Positions 30,333 to 43,903 of a DNA stretch of 64,000 nt are shown one piece after another (positions within the stretch are counted from its first letter, which is position 1; each line of letters starts with the position of its first letter). Origin of the DNA: the human T2T-CHM13v2.0 reference genome, Homo sapiens; NCBI RefSeq assembly GCF_009914755.1, contig NC_060941.1, one strand, 5' to 3'. The notes below the pieces were generated by a model. It had not been told where the DNA came from. It did not search any database and saw only the letters and a list, made by a program, of their open reading frames with translations. A program made the position numbers and the translations under genes.

Positions 30333-32102
30333 TAATGCAACTTGGTTAAAGAGAAAAAGATTTTTTTAAATTGAGGTAAAGAGTAAGTTATTTCTGAGAC
30401 ACTGACAGTGACAGTCCAACCTTCTAATGACATTGCTTCCTCTTCCATTAAAATCACTATCCATATCATATATTTTGGCTGTTACATAATTTCCTCCATG
30501 TTTTCATGTAGTTCATATGTATGAGTCCTACCTCTGAATAACTGTGTTTACAGTAGTAGCAACATACCAAGATCTCTGAGAAACCATGAGATTAACATCG
30601 TATACCTTTTAGAAGTATTAATTTCACTCAACAATTTGGATGGGGAGTAAAAGAACTGAGTAATTTTATGGATAAACACTTTAAAATTATTTTCATAATG
30701 CAGGTATGACTATTTATCCAACAATAAATATATTTTTATATTTAAGACTAAAAGAAAAACTATCATAAGACCGTGGAATATTTTGAGCTCGGGCCCAGTC
30801 ATTTGTCTTATAGCCTCAAATACCCCTGGACTTGGGGTAGTAATAGGGGTAATGTACTCATTTATCTTCTGCTTTGTAAGGTTTATTTTTTTTAATGGAA
30901 AATTTTGAGAAGTACTATTAAAGGATGAATTTTGTGAGGGAAAATTCCTGGGTTTGGTTACTACTTGATTAGTTAGTTGGCTCTGCCCCAGAAAAATATC
31001 TACTAACCCACAAACTTGGCCAGTCTTTTCACAACTATGTGCTCTCCTCATCTCATGTGAGGCTGAGCCAAACAATGGGTAATTCAGGACATTCTGTCTC
31101 TACTTTGGGAAAATAATCTAAAGTAAGCTCACAAAACAAGGTGCCTGGCCTAATGGCTGGACATCAAAATTGTTCGCTAGATCTCCGATTCAAGATTTTC
31201 CTATACTGAAGACAGCACAGGAGGTCTGCTAAACTAGGGCTTAATAGCTCTCACCAGCCAGCAAGTGCAAGACACACTTAGCCATATCTGATGAATGAAT
31301 TCGGTTCTTAGCTGACCTGTTAGTGTTCTTGTAATATGTTATTGAGTTCTATTTGTTTATTTTATTGAGAAAGTAAAATCCTTCCCAGACTTGCAACCAA
31401 AATTTGGGAAGTTTCCAGAATATTAGAGATGATGAGTTATGCACCAGGATTGTCATATCAAGAATGCTCTTTATTTTGTAACTTGCCTTTCATTTGGATC
31501 AGAATTGAGCCAATTTGTGGGTGGTTCGATCTCACGCCCAAGGAGAACGTGGAGTGGCTAATTTGAACAAATTATCTAAGACATGATTTACACACATTTA
31601 AATTTAGGCTTTATGGGAATAGGAGGTGGTTTCATTTCCTCATGACTAAAATTTTATTTAACTGTATTAGATAACAGTATTGAGCTGAAGGTAAGATTAG
31701 GCCATTTGCACTTAGAAGTTAAAAGCTAAAGAAACATTCAGAGAGAAAAAACTGAACAAAGCAAATCACAGACAGACCCAAACAAAACCAAACAGAAGCA
31801 AAATGCACTTTCCACATGCAGGAATCAAGTACAATAGAAATCAGGGCAAAGTTTTTATGCATTATATTTCTATAGGCAGAATATTGTTCGTGTGTGTCTG
31901 CACTATTGTGTCAGCTCATCCCTGTTTTTGCTGTTGCAAACAGTGGGCACTGTTTCTCGAGTTGTGTATGGAATTTGGTTGTGCTCTGTTAGGGCAGCTT
32001 GTGCAACAGAAGCACAGGGGTATAGAGCGAGCAGAGTTAAGAGGTGAGAAGGAGAAGTCCAAAATTGTGTCCTTGAGATGTTAGTTGTTAAGAGTCACCA
32101 TG

Positions 32103-32105
<3 letters not shown>

Positions 32106-32134
<29 letters not shown>
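32106..32134. repeat. (TG)14 microsatellite
   Basis: Perfect TG run. Confidence 0.95.
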
Positions 32135-32138
<4 letters not shown>

Positions 32139-33258
32139 AAGTGTCTGTATTAATTATTCACAAAGTAATACCATGATAATTGCTATGCCATTAATACAAC
32201 ATTGTGGACCTGGTTATTTTAGACATGAAAATAATAGCATTCAGTGACCATGCTGCCACTCAGTAAACAGAAGGTTGTTGTCTTTTACACTTTGGCTTCA
32301 TGAATTGAACAAATGTTCTTTCCTTTCTTCTTGGTTGATGTGCAGTGACTCGTTCTGTTGGTCACTAGGCATGTAAAGATTAGTCCATCAGCTCCCTGAC
32401 ATTGGGAAAGTCAAAGTCTAGCAAAGGAGGACACTGACAGAAAAAACAACTGTGCCTGGGAGATCAAGGGAAGCTTTACTGTGGAAGTAATACAGTATTC
32501 AGGTTTTAGCTAGAAGGAAGAAAAGTTGTCTGCCTAGTTATAAAGAGCCTAACAGATTTGGGGAAATGTGAGAAGTTCAGTGTTCAGAGTGTAGGGTTTT
32601 CGGTGTGAAGATAAAAGCAGAGTGGCAGGGGGTAAAATGGAATACAGGAGTATGACCTAGAGAGTAACTTAGATGGGAGAATGTTTTTAGTGTCCATTTC
32701 TAGGCCCCCAAACCACTTGAAACTATAGTTCTAATACTGAACTCCTTCCCAGTTACCTGGGACTGATTCTAGAGAGAGGAGAATTTAATTGAACATGTGG
32801 AGAGCAGAGAAGAGATAGGAGAAGCTAATTAGTGTTTTCCTACTTATCAAAGACCCTTGGTTCAGAGGTAAGGTAGGTATTTCCAAGAAATGGAACTACA
32901 ACTAACACCAAAAACATGACAATTGCTTGTCGAGGCTCTCCCCTCTTCTGAAGTTGCCCATTCCCTGTGCTTTATACATTGGTATTAACTTGCTGCCACT
33001 ATCTTTATGGAGTAGGTGGCCAGAACGTCTTTTCACACCTGGACAGAGTGCTTAAGATGGTAGTAGAAATTCACCTACAAAGATTCAGTTCTTCTACATA
33101 CTAGGAGATAAGTAAGGTAGACTAAAAAAGGCATTTGTGGATCAGCAGAAAGAACACTGGGCCCAAAGTCAGGAGCTGCTGTCTTCCTATTATTATACAT
33201 TTATTATTATTTTAAAGTAAGTAATTCTCCACCATCAGTTTCTTCATCTACAAAATAA

Positions 33259-33510
<252 letters not shown>

Positions 33511-33698
33511 TAATATGTAAAGAGATATATATTATAATATATGTAGCAGGTGAGGAGAAGTCCAAAACTGTGTGTATATATAATACATATCTATATGATA
33601 TATATGTATTAGATATATACTATATAGACAGTTATGATCAACCTGTATTGTGTGTATGTATGTATGTATATACATACATATACACATATGGATGTGTA

Positions 33699-34037
33699 TA
33701 GTCAAGTGCTGCACAATGACAATTTGTTCAACGATGGGGTGCATATATGATGGTGGTCTCAAAAGATTTTAAAGCCATATTTTTACTGTACATTTTCTAT
33801 GTTTAGACAACACAAATACTTACCATTGTGTTACAATCATGTACAGCATTCAGTACAGTCACATGCTGTACAGGCTTGTAGCTTAGGAGTAATAGGCTAT
33901 ACCATACAGCCTAGGTGTGTAGTAGATTATACCATCTAGGTTTGCGTATATACACTCTATGATGTTAAAACAACATCAAAATTGCCTAATGATGCATTTG
34001 ACAGAATATATCCTCATTGTTAAGTGACACATGACTG
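33699..34037 (+). mobile_element. Tigger3a/MER7A DNA transposon
   Basis: agtcaagtgctgcacaatgac...gttaagtgacacatgactg TIRs with TA flanks; internal taggctataccatacagcctaggtgtgtagtag. Confidence 0.88.
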
Positions 34038-35584
34038 TATATATATCATAAAAATTTGACTTTACACAGTTGGTCACATATTCTATGTGAAGCTGACATC
34101 CCTGTATCTGGCACTGGAGTCTAAAGTTGTAGGGCAGGCAATTGGAAGGACATAGTGGTGTGAAGTGGAGGAAGATAGAATATTGAAACCAGTGAGGATT
34201 AGCTAGAAGCCACCAAGATGAAATGAAGCCCATGTTGGTGTCCCATGGCTTTCGAGCCTCCAACTTCATAACAGGGGTGGCCAGCACCACAGTACCCTCC
34301 CTCTGTAACACAGGAGCCATAGAAACTGAAAGAGGAGACCAGCAGGATGTGTAGGCACAGTGGGCTCACCTGCCAATCCATAATGTGTGCCAGTATATCA
34401 GTGACAACCTGCGTGGGTCGCCTGAGCACCTTGTGCCCTACAGTGACTTGTTGTGGAAAGAATATGGCTACTGGTTCACTTCCACCTTACATAAGTCATG
34501 CAAGATGACTCCCATGGCCTGAAACTATGAAGGGAATGGAATTCTGAGACATGTAGTCTCAGTTAGTTAAATTGGTACAATCCAAATATACCACATCTGA
34601 CACGTCCATTCAGAACAAAAAACAAGTGATAGAGACATTGTCCCTGACATTGAAGAGTCCATTAAGTGGTAGGAGAGAGTCATAATCCACCTGATGCGTG
34701 TTATGATAGAACGGCTTGCTTCTTTAACACACATAAAATGAGATTAATACACACAAACGAGCTTTGGAAGTGTTAAACTTTTAACAATTTTTCAGAGTCT
34801 CATGTTGACTATCTGATGTTTGATTACCTCTATCTTTAAAAGCAAAACACAAAGGAATCCATTCATGGTAGACATTTTAATAAGTTTGAATTCTGTAAGA
34901 TTCCCTGGTCTTTGCTTCATTTCCTCTGGTAGAGCGGTGGTGCTGAATGGATAGCAACCACGTCCCCTACACTAACCCCAGTCCTTTTGCTCATGGAATT
35001 ATGCTGATTTTGCTAATCCACCAACCACTTGCCAGAGGTGTTTGCCCCGCTTTCATATAGCTTATCTCTCCTTTAAGCTGAGGAAAATGACAGATACGTT
35101 AAGAAACACTAGTAAAATTCCTTGATCACTAATAATAATAATAATAAAATTAAACCCTCAAATGTTTATACCAAACCTCTATTGTGAAAACTACTTGTTT
35201 ATCGGCACCATCTTCTATAGATTTTTGTTCTATTTCTTTCTTAGATTGTGTTTGGCCAACGCTTTCATCTTAATCTTCTGCCTCAGTTTATCTTCCTTCA
35301 AGGCTACTTAGTTGGGTAGATTTTGTGTATTTCAAAGACTCCATGTTTTCTCTGTATCATGAAGATACTGTCACAATGACAGGTGAGCTCATCATCTTGT
35401 TAAAGGGTTTATTTCCACATCTCAATTGTTCTGTCCTCAAAGTCACAAAAAGAAACTATTTCTGAATCTTTCGTGGACCATATACCACTACATGGAGACA
35501 CACAATTTTCACCTGCCAATAACAAAGGAACATGTGTCAGACATTACATTTTCCATTTATTTTTAAATTTCACAACACAGGGTT

Positions 35585-35780
35585 CTAAACCTGTGCCATG
35601 CACCATTCTAAATGCTTTAAAAATATTGATTCGGTCTTCATAACAGACTTTATTTTTACGATAAGGAAACAGAGGCACTGAAAGGTCGGGATGTTCTGAT
35701 GTCACACAGCCAGTAAATGACATAGCTAGATTTGAACTATGTAGTCATGTAGTAAAGGCATGGGCTTTTAACCAGTAGTG
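35585..35780 (-). mobile_element. MIR
   Basis: ttttacgataaggaaacagaggcac...gtcacacagccagtaaatgac. Confidence 0.7.
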
Positions 35781-37139
35781 TATGTCTTCTAAAGAGCCTC
35801 AATTCCCCATAAATTCATATCTGTGTTATTACTGGAGATGCTAAGTTATATTAACACGTTCTTTGGATTACATACCCACTAGTCAAGACACCTTTGTACA
35901 TAACTCCAAGTGAAATCCTGAGAAATGCTCAGGCATTGAAATAATAAAGGAGAATGAAACCCTACCACCTCAATTCTGCTCTATGCCTCTGATGATTGAT
36001 TTTATTGAAGTAGTCTATTTCATACATCAACCGCTAGCTTATTCTTTCTCTATCAAAGCATTTAAGGAATAAAAAAAGCAAACCACAGAGAATATCTTCA
36101 CTTTATTCAATGGGCAGAACACTAGATGTTCCAGCATAAGAATTTGTTATTTCCCTCAAAATCAATAAATACAAACAGAAAAATCAATAAAGATTTTACT
36201 CCATTGAGCAAGGATAATACCAAATCTAACGAAAGTAATGTTTTATTGATGGGGGAAAATGTAACCATTCTTTATGGTCCCAACGACAGATGGAAGTTTG
36301 CTGCCTTTTATACCAAATATTCAACTGTGACACCATTTATTTGATGGGGAAAATGTCAATAAAATTAGAGCCCAATAGGCCTCGACAGGTTTCTTTAGTT
36401 TAAAAAGTCTTTACTTAATTAATTCAAGATAATATAAATATTATACAAATATTGATTTGTTAGAAATACTGCTCTTGATATGGAAATACTTACAATGAGA
36501 ATTTTTGTGAGAAAGTGAAGCAATCTTAACTTTTATTTTTTATTACAATTAGTTAATGAAGAGTAACAATGATCTGAAGTCATCCACTAAAATATTTTGT
36601 TTGCCATTTATTGCATAGTAAATTCTGTATTTCCTTGGTTCAGAACACATATTACTAATGAAGTCAAACGTGTATTTTCAGAGAGACTATCAAACAAAAG
36701 CCAGAGGTGAGCACAAGAAAAGTGTATTTTTAAAGGTAAAATATGTTCAGTGTTCTGTGAATAAAAGAAAACTGCACTGCTTAAGACAAAAAGCTGTTAA
36801 GATTGTTTACAGATCAAGAAATTATTTTACAAAAATGGTTATTTATTCATCATTTTTTTCAACATCCATGGAAGAATGCCTCTTGAAGAAATAGGATGTT
36901 TACTATTTAAGTTGGGAAAAAAATTGGCAGTTTTCCTATCCAAGAAACGATTAGTACATTCATGTTGAGGATGACTGGGCTTCTGAAGGTCCTTATAAAC
37001 TTCGTTTTAGTGTTTGGCATTTCCTTTTACGTAATTGCAGCTTTTAAACTAAAGATCAGATCATACACTGGCATATTTTTGTTATTCTTGTTTTGTGCAT
37101 TGTTGGTACAATTTCTGATTTGATTCCTGATGAAAATAA

Positions 37140-37493
<354 letters not shown>

Positions 37494-37724
37494 TTATCTT
37501 TAAAACAACTCTGTGAGAGTAGTGAGAGGAAGTGGTAGTAGAATTCTTATTATGGCAATAGGAATACTAAGACTCAGGTAAATTAAGTGATGTTAGTGTA
37601 AGACAGATAGGGAAACTCAAATTCCAGGGTTTCAATTCTGGCCTCTGTTTTTCTTTCATTTACCATCCAACCACTACAGTGTCCTCTTTCCTCTTTTACT
37701 TCTGTCATAGAAAAATCTTAAGGA

Positions 37725-38091
<367 letters not shown>

Positions 38092-38226
38092 TTATTTTCA
38101 TGAGGAATCAAATCAGAAAAGTACCAACAATGAATAAAACAAGAATAAGAAAAATATGCCAGTGTATGATCTGATCTTTAGTTTAGAAGTTGCAATTACG
38201 TAAAAGGAAATGTCAAACGCTAGAAC

Positions 38227-38370
38227 AGGTGAATCGCTTGAACCTGGGAGGTGGAGTTTGCAGTGAAGCCGAGATATCGCCACGCCACTGCACTGCAGCC
38301 TGGGCGACAGAGCAAGACTCTGTCTCAAAAAAAAAAAAAAAAAAAAAAAAAGTAAAAGAAAAAGAAAAAA
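38227..38370 (+). mobile_element. Alu right-arm 3' fragment
   Basis: aggtgaatcgcttgaacc...ctgtctc followed by a long A tail. Confidence 0.9.
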
Positions 38371-38469
38371 GTTTGAAAACCAGTAGTCTAGGCCAAGGCA
38401 CCTCACCGCCACAAAACTGTTTTCTTTTCAAATTGGATCAACGATAGCTGTGATACAGAGCTTTTAGGG

Positions 38470-38809
38470 CAGCGGTTTCCAACCCTTTTGGCACCAGATA
38501 CTGGTTTTGTAGAAGACGATTTTTTTCACGGATGGAGGAGACAGGGGATATGAAACTGTTCCATCTCAGATCATCAGGCATTAGTTAGATTCTCATAAGG
38601 AGCGCACAACCTAGATCCCTCGGATGTGCAGTTCACAATAGGATTCGTGCTTCTATGAGACTCTAATGCTGCCGCTGATCCAGCAGGCGGAGGAGCTCAG
38701 ATGGTAATGCTGGATGTCTGCTGTTGCTGTTCACCGCCTGCTGTGCGGCCCGGTTCCTAACAGGCCATGGACTGGTCCCGGTCCCTGGCCTGGGGGTTGA
38801 GGACCCCTG
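38470..38809 (+). mobile_element. MER1B (hAT-Charlie)
   Basis: cagcggtttccaacc...ggttgaggacccctg TIRs; 8-bp TSD ttttaggg/tcttaggg. Confidence 0.9.
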
Positions 38810-40956
38810 TCTTAGGGATATTGGGGCAATGAAATTGAAACAACCAACTCATAACAGGCACTTTAGAAATGGTAACATTCCCAGGGGATTAAAGCTTGTC
38901 ACCAGGGTTAATTCCAAATTATTCATTAAATTTTGTCCTCTATGGAAAGAAAAGTTACCTCTTTTGGGTAACTTATGGTACACTTTGGCTATATTCAAAA
39001 TGGTTAGTGGCTGCCATTGAAAAGAAATCAAATAAGGCCAAGTGATTTTTTTTTTTCTAACTAGGAAACTTAGGAAAAAAATTAAGGAGGTGGCACGACC
39101 TGTTTATTTATGTGATTCTGACCATTATACCACAATAGTTTTGCCTAGTGGCCGATTTTAGTCCTATGGCTTGAATGACTTAAGATATGTAGATCTAATA
39201 TGGCTTGGTAATATAAAAGTCCTCAGTTTAAAAAGTCAATTCAATTTAAAATTGAATTTAAAATTGACTTTTAAAAAGTCAAATTCGATTTTAAAACTTA
39301 ATGAGAAAAGGTTTTTAGTCTCGTTTCCACCAGAACGTGTGAAAGTTTTCTTTCTTTTGCTTTTCTCATTTTGTAACCAGCTACTTTGGTCCTACGTTGC
39401 TGTATGTAACACAGGAATACAAACAGGCAAATCAAGCCAATTTCTTCTTCTGATCCCTATATGTCCTCTTCCTGAACCTATAAATGGTTTCAATTCATAC
39501 AGTAGTTGTTACGTATCAACTCTGTGCCAGGTACCATGCCGTATGCTTGGGGCCACGCTATCCTCATTTATTTCACTCTTTTTCTGAGGACTGTTCTACA
39601 GCAGGAATTTTGGGGTCTAAGCCACTTCAGTTGGCCCCGTAAGTTTTTATTTTTAAATTAATTTAAGAGTCTTGCATAATTTGCATATGAGTTTTAATTA
39701 CTAGAAAAGAGGGAAGAAGTATGTTTACTTTTATTTAACTCGCAGCATTTCCAGATTCCTGAAGTTGAAAAACATCACCCAAAACCATTTAAAATTTTTG
39801 TTTGTTTGTTTGTATGTTTTAATAGTTCCCAAAGGTGGAATTTGTGACTTGAGGGAGGCAGTGAAAAAAACATAATGCCTGCAGTTACTGAAGCATAAAA
39901 CTACAGGGTTTCCATAGTTGCTGTAGTCTATAACCCGAGGGCACTCTATTAAATAATCTTAACTTGCTGGGAAGGAGGGAAAATATTTAGCTATAAACTA
40001 GACTTACAACCGCAAGTGACATTTTTTCAAAAGGTTACCACATCTCTGTTTATCAAATTTATATGTACATAAAAAGATTAAAAGTTAGTTACTCCAGTAT
40101 TTACAGAGAACACACACCTCTGACTAACTCTGTTTAGAATCTCTAATTATATCACACTCAAGATAAAGGCCGATCCTGCTAACACTTTGTAACCGTGGTA
40201 ATAACTGCTTCCACCACTGCAGGTCTAAGTTTAAATTATGCACTGCTGCTTTGAAAGAGGGGATCTCGACAGGGAAACTGGTGTAGTCCACTTCCATCCA
40301 GCCTCAGCTGTCTCACTGCACCTCAAGGACACTGTTAAATCATTTGCCCAAGCATTAATTTTTTTAGCCTCCACCCCAGATTTAATCACTTACTTATCTT
40401 CCTGCCAAAGTAATTGTGCTGGTAAAACAGGGCAACTGGAATCTAGGCAGAACTGGCTGTTTCTGCTTCTGTCCAAAGGGACAGGGATGGAAAGGCTGAT
40501 GGTGGTGATTTTGTGATTGAATGGGGGTAATTGTTCTGGGTTTTTTGTTTTTCCCTTTAAAGAAAATTCTACAGGCTTGAAAACTCTAAGATAAGGAGAA
40601 AAGCTGACCTAAAAACACTGTCATCTCACAAACCTTTAGCTAGTAGAAAACAGATCACCTTTGTTACATTTTGGCTGGATAACATTGCACACATTATTTG
40701 GGTAATTGAGGTCAATGGAAACACTTGGACTTTATTTTCCCAGGTACTTTTCTTTTCTAGCCTGAATTATGAGCCTCATTCTGGCACAGAGTCCTACTTA
40801 CAGAATGTGTTGCCAATTCATTGGGTGCATTTAGTAAGTTCATACGATAGACATTGAAAAACCCAAGAGTATCATTTTGGATGATCAGGCTCTATAGTTT
40901 CTCTTCAGTAATTTTTGATTTATCTACCCGGGTTAGCAGGGATATATGAAATAGTG

Positions 40957-41116
40957 CACAATACTGCTAACCCACTCACAATACCGCTAACCCACTCACA
41001 ATACGGCTAACCCACTCACAATACCACTAACCCACTCACAATACGGCTAACCCACTCACAATACCGCTAACCCACTCACAATACCGCTAACCCACTCACA
41101 ATACCGCTAACCCACT
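40957..41116. repeat. 20-bp minisatellite (CACAATACCGCTAACCCACT) x8
   Basis: Eight head-to-tail units varying only at the CCG/CTG/CGG/CCA triplet. Confidence 0.97.
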
Positions 41117-42757
41117 TAGATCACCTGAAAAAGTGTCAACCATTTTGTTTAGCTCAGTTGCCAGCAATGTAACAAAAACATTGTCCAGAAGTATTCTTTA
41201 GGACATTTGTGGCTATGAAACAAAGATTCAAAATCCTTAGCCTAACCGGTGAATGTTTTCCCAGTTTTGACTCAGCTTGATCTTTTGGCCTTCTCTGCCT
41301 CCACTTCTATGACTCCAGCCTTCCCACTTTACAAAAATGCCTTGTTTCTTTCTCCCATCTGGAGAATGTTAAGTTCTCCCCTACTTGACTTTCATCCATC
41401 TAAGCATATCTTTCAAAGTGATAGCCCAATCTACCCTTTACACAACACCTTTTCAGAAGAATTACACCAATCATGAGTAGGTCCTCCTCAGAACTCACTC
41501 ATGCTGTCTACTTCCTCTCCTACTCATTTGACCATCATCTGTCACCATTTCCCACTCATTTGACTGTTAACTAAAATAAAATTGAAGTCAAAACACAACT
41601 TAAGTGATAAGATAATTTCCTGTTTGTTATATCTTGCCTTCTAAATAGCTTACTAACTTCCTGTGGACTACAATCACGTCTTATACATCATAAATTTGCT
41701 AACAACCAGCTACCCTCCTCCAACACAGTGCAGGAGAGGCCTATGGAATAGTACGCATTTACAGGGGTCAAAGAATCAAAATTTAGGCTTAGGAATGATA
41801 AATAATGGGATTTTCTCCTTAATAGGATTTGCTGCAAACAAGTAAACATGTAGTATTTGTTTGGGGTGCTCCTTCCACTCAGCACCCCACCTTATCCCCC
41901 AGTACACATACACACACACACACACCACTCCTCTGATGTTTCCATGGCATCTATTCTACTGGTTGCAGAATATAGTTTTCTGCTGTTTTCCCAGATAAGC
42001 CTTTAGTTTCTTGCTATTACCTAGGTAGGGCTTCATTAGACACTTAAGGGCTGCTTTGCTTGAACTGAATGCATACCCTTGAATCATCCTGATGTACTTT
42101 ATCAAGAGTCACCTCTCCCTTACTTATTTCCAGGGCAATATTTACATTTAATCGGGGAGTGTGGAGTTCATCAGTCTATGCAAGTAAATGTTAACATTCC
42201 ATGTCCTGTCACAGCTTGGGTGAGAGCTGTAATTTATTGGGTTGGAGGGGGGTTGTGGTTATTTGCATTGTGTAAGCTAAGCCTCATTCTTAACACAGAA
42301 AAAAGAATGCTACACAACACCAAAAAGGCTAAAATTTGTTTTGCATTATAAATAACAGAAACCTAAAACATCTACCTAAAAGTACATTGGAATGAACCAT
42401 AGCAAGTTCCTAATTTTGTTTTTCATTGTGTTTTTATTGTTTTATGAGTCTTAGTTTCCATATAGGATCAAAATGACTCAAATCACATCTTTTACATAAG
42501 TGTTTTCTACTTTTAGCCTGTATATTTACAATTATGGAATAAACCATATATGCAAGTTTACCTTCCTCCAAGAAAATATGGATCTGTAGATACCATGTGA
42601 AGTCAAAGAACAACATTTTAAGATTTTTATCACTTCCTGACCATGGGATGTTTTACAACCTAAGAACAGCATTTCTGAAAAACAAACTCAGAGCATGAGT
42701 TATGTAAGAGGCAGTTGGTTTTACAGTTAGAAATAACTGAAATATGTACTAGTCCAT

Positions 42758-42792
42758 TGTATTAGTCAAGGTTTTCTAGAGAAACAGAACCA

Positions 42793-42843
<51 letters not shown>

Positions 42844-42861
42844 CATAGATAGATGATAGAT

Positions 42862-42911
<50 letters not shown>

Positions 42912-43362
42912 GAGATTCATAATGAAAATTGACTTATTCAATTATGCAGGCTAAGAAGTCCCACAATATGCCATCTGCAGCTGGAGAACTAGAAAAACTG
43001 TGCTGAAATTCAGTCTGATTAAGAAGGTCTGAGAATTTTGGGAGCCAATGGTATAAATTTTATTTAAAGTCCAAAGGTCCAAAAACCTGAAGCTCTGATG
43101 GCTGAGGGAAAAATATGGATGCCCCATCTCCAGAAAAAGGAAAAGATGTTTGTCCTTCCTCCACCATTTTGTTCCATCCAGACCCTCAGCAGATTGCATG
43201 ATGCCCCCCACATTAGCGAGGGCATTCTTTACTCAGTCTACTGACTCAAATGCTAATCTCAAATGCCAGACATCCTCACAGACACACCCAGAAGTAATGT
43301 TTTACCAGCTATCTGGCCAACCCTTCGCCAGTCAAGCTGACACATAAAATATAACCAACACG
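42758..43362 (-). mobile_element. MLT2B-like ERVL solo LTR
   Basis: tgtattagtcaagg..tctagagaaacagaaccaatag start; cagtcaagctgacacataaaat end; 5-bp TSD TCCAT. Confidence 0.88.
42794..42910. repeat. Complex (TAGA)n STR: [TAGA]12 TACA [TAGA]2 TGA TAGA TA [TAGA]12
   Basis: Read directly; lies inside the MLT2 LTR. Confidence 0.96.
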
Positions 43363-43474
43363 TCCATCAATTTGCAAAGGTTGAAAGTTAGTAAAAGATT
43401 CCTCAGAAAGGAAGAAATGGAAGAAAATCTAAAAAAGGTGAAATAACCTTTTGGACGCAAGTGTGGATGCTCTA

Positions 43475-43903
43475 TAGTATTATTTGTCTAAGGCTGCTTT
43501 GACAAAGCATTGCAAACTGGGTGGCATAAAACAACAGAAATGTATTTTCTCACAGTTCAAGAGGCTAGAAGTCTGAGCCAAGGTGTAGTGTTGGGAGGGC
43601 CTTGCTCCTCCTGAAGCCTCTAAGGGAGAATGTCCCCTTTCCACTTTTAGCTTCTGCTAGCCCCGGGCATTCCTTCCTTGTAGCAGTGCAATTCATCTTC
43701 ACCTGAATTCTTCTGTGTGTGTGTGTCTGTGTCCAGATCTCCTGTAAGGACACCAGTCGTATTGGATCCGGGCCCACTCTAATGACTTTATCATAACTTG
43801 ATTACATCTGCAAAGACCCTATTTCCAAATCAGGTCTCATTTGCAGGTACTAGGAGTTAGAACTTCAAAATTTCTTTTTCTGGGACACAATTTAACCCAT
43901 AAT
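43475..43903 (-). mobile_element. MLT1B/C-like MaLR LTR
   Basis: aaactgggtggcataaaacaacagaaatgtatt..ctcacagttc...gattacatctgcaaagaccctatttccaaat. Confidence 0.85.

Noticed and set aside
40957-41116. CRISPR-like array
   Set aside because: Units are head-to-tail with no unique spacers, there are no cas genes, and the context is primate genomic DNA
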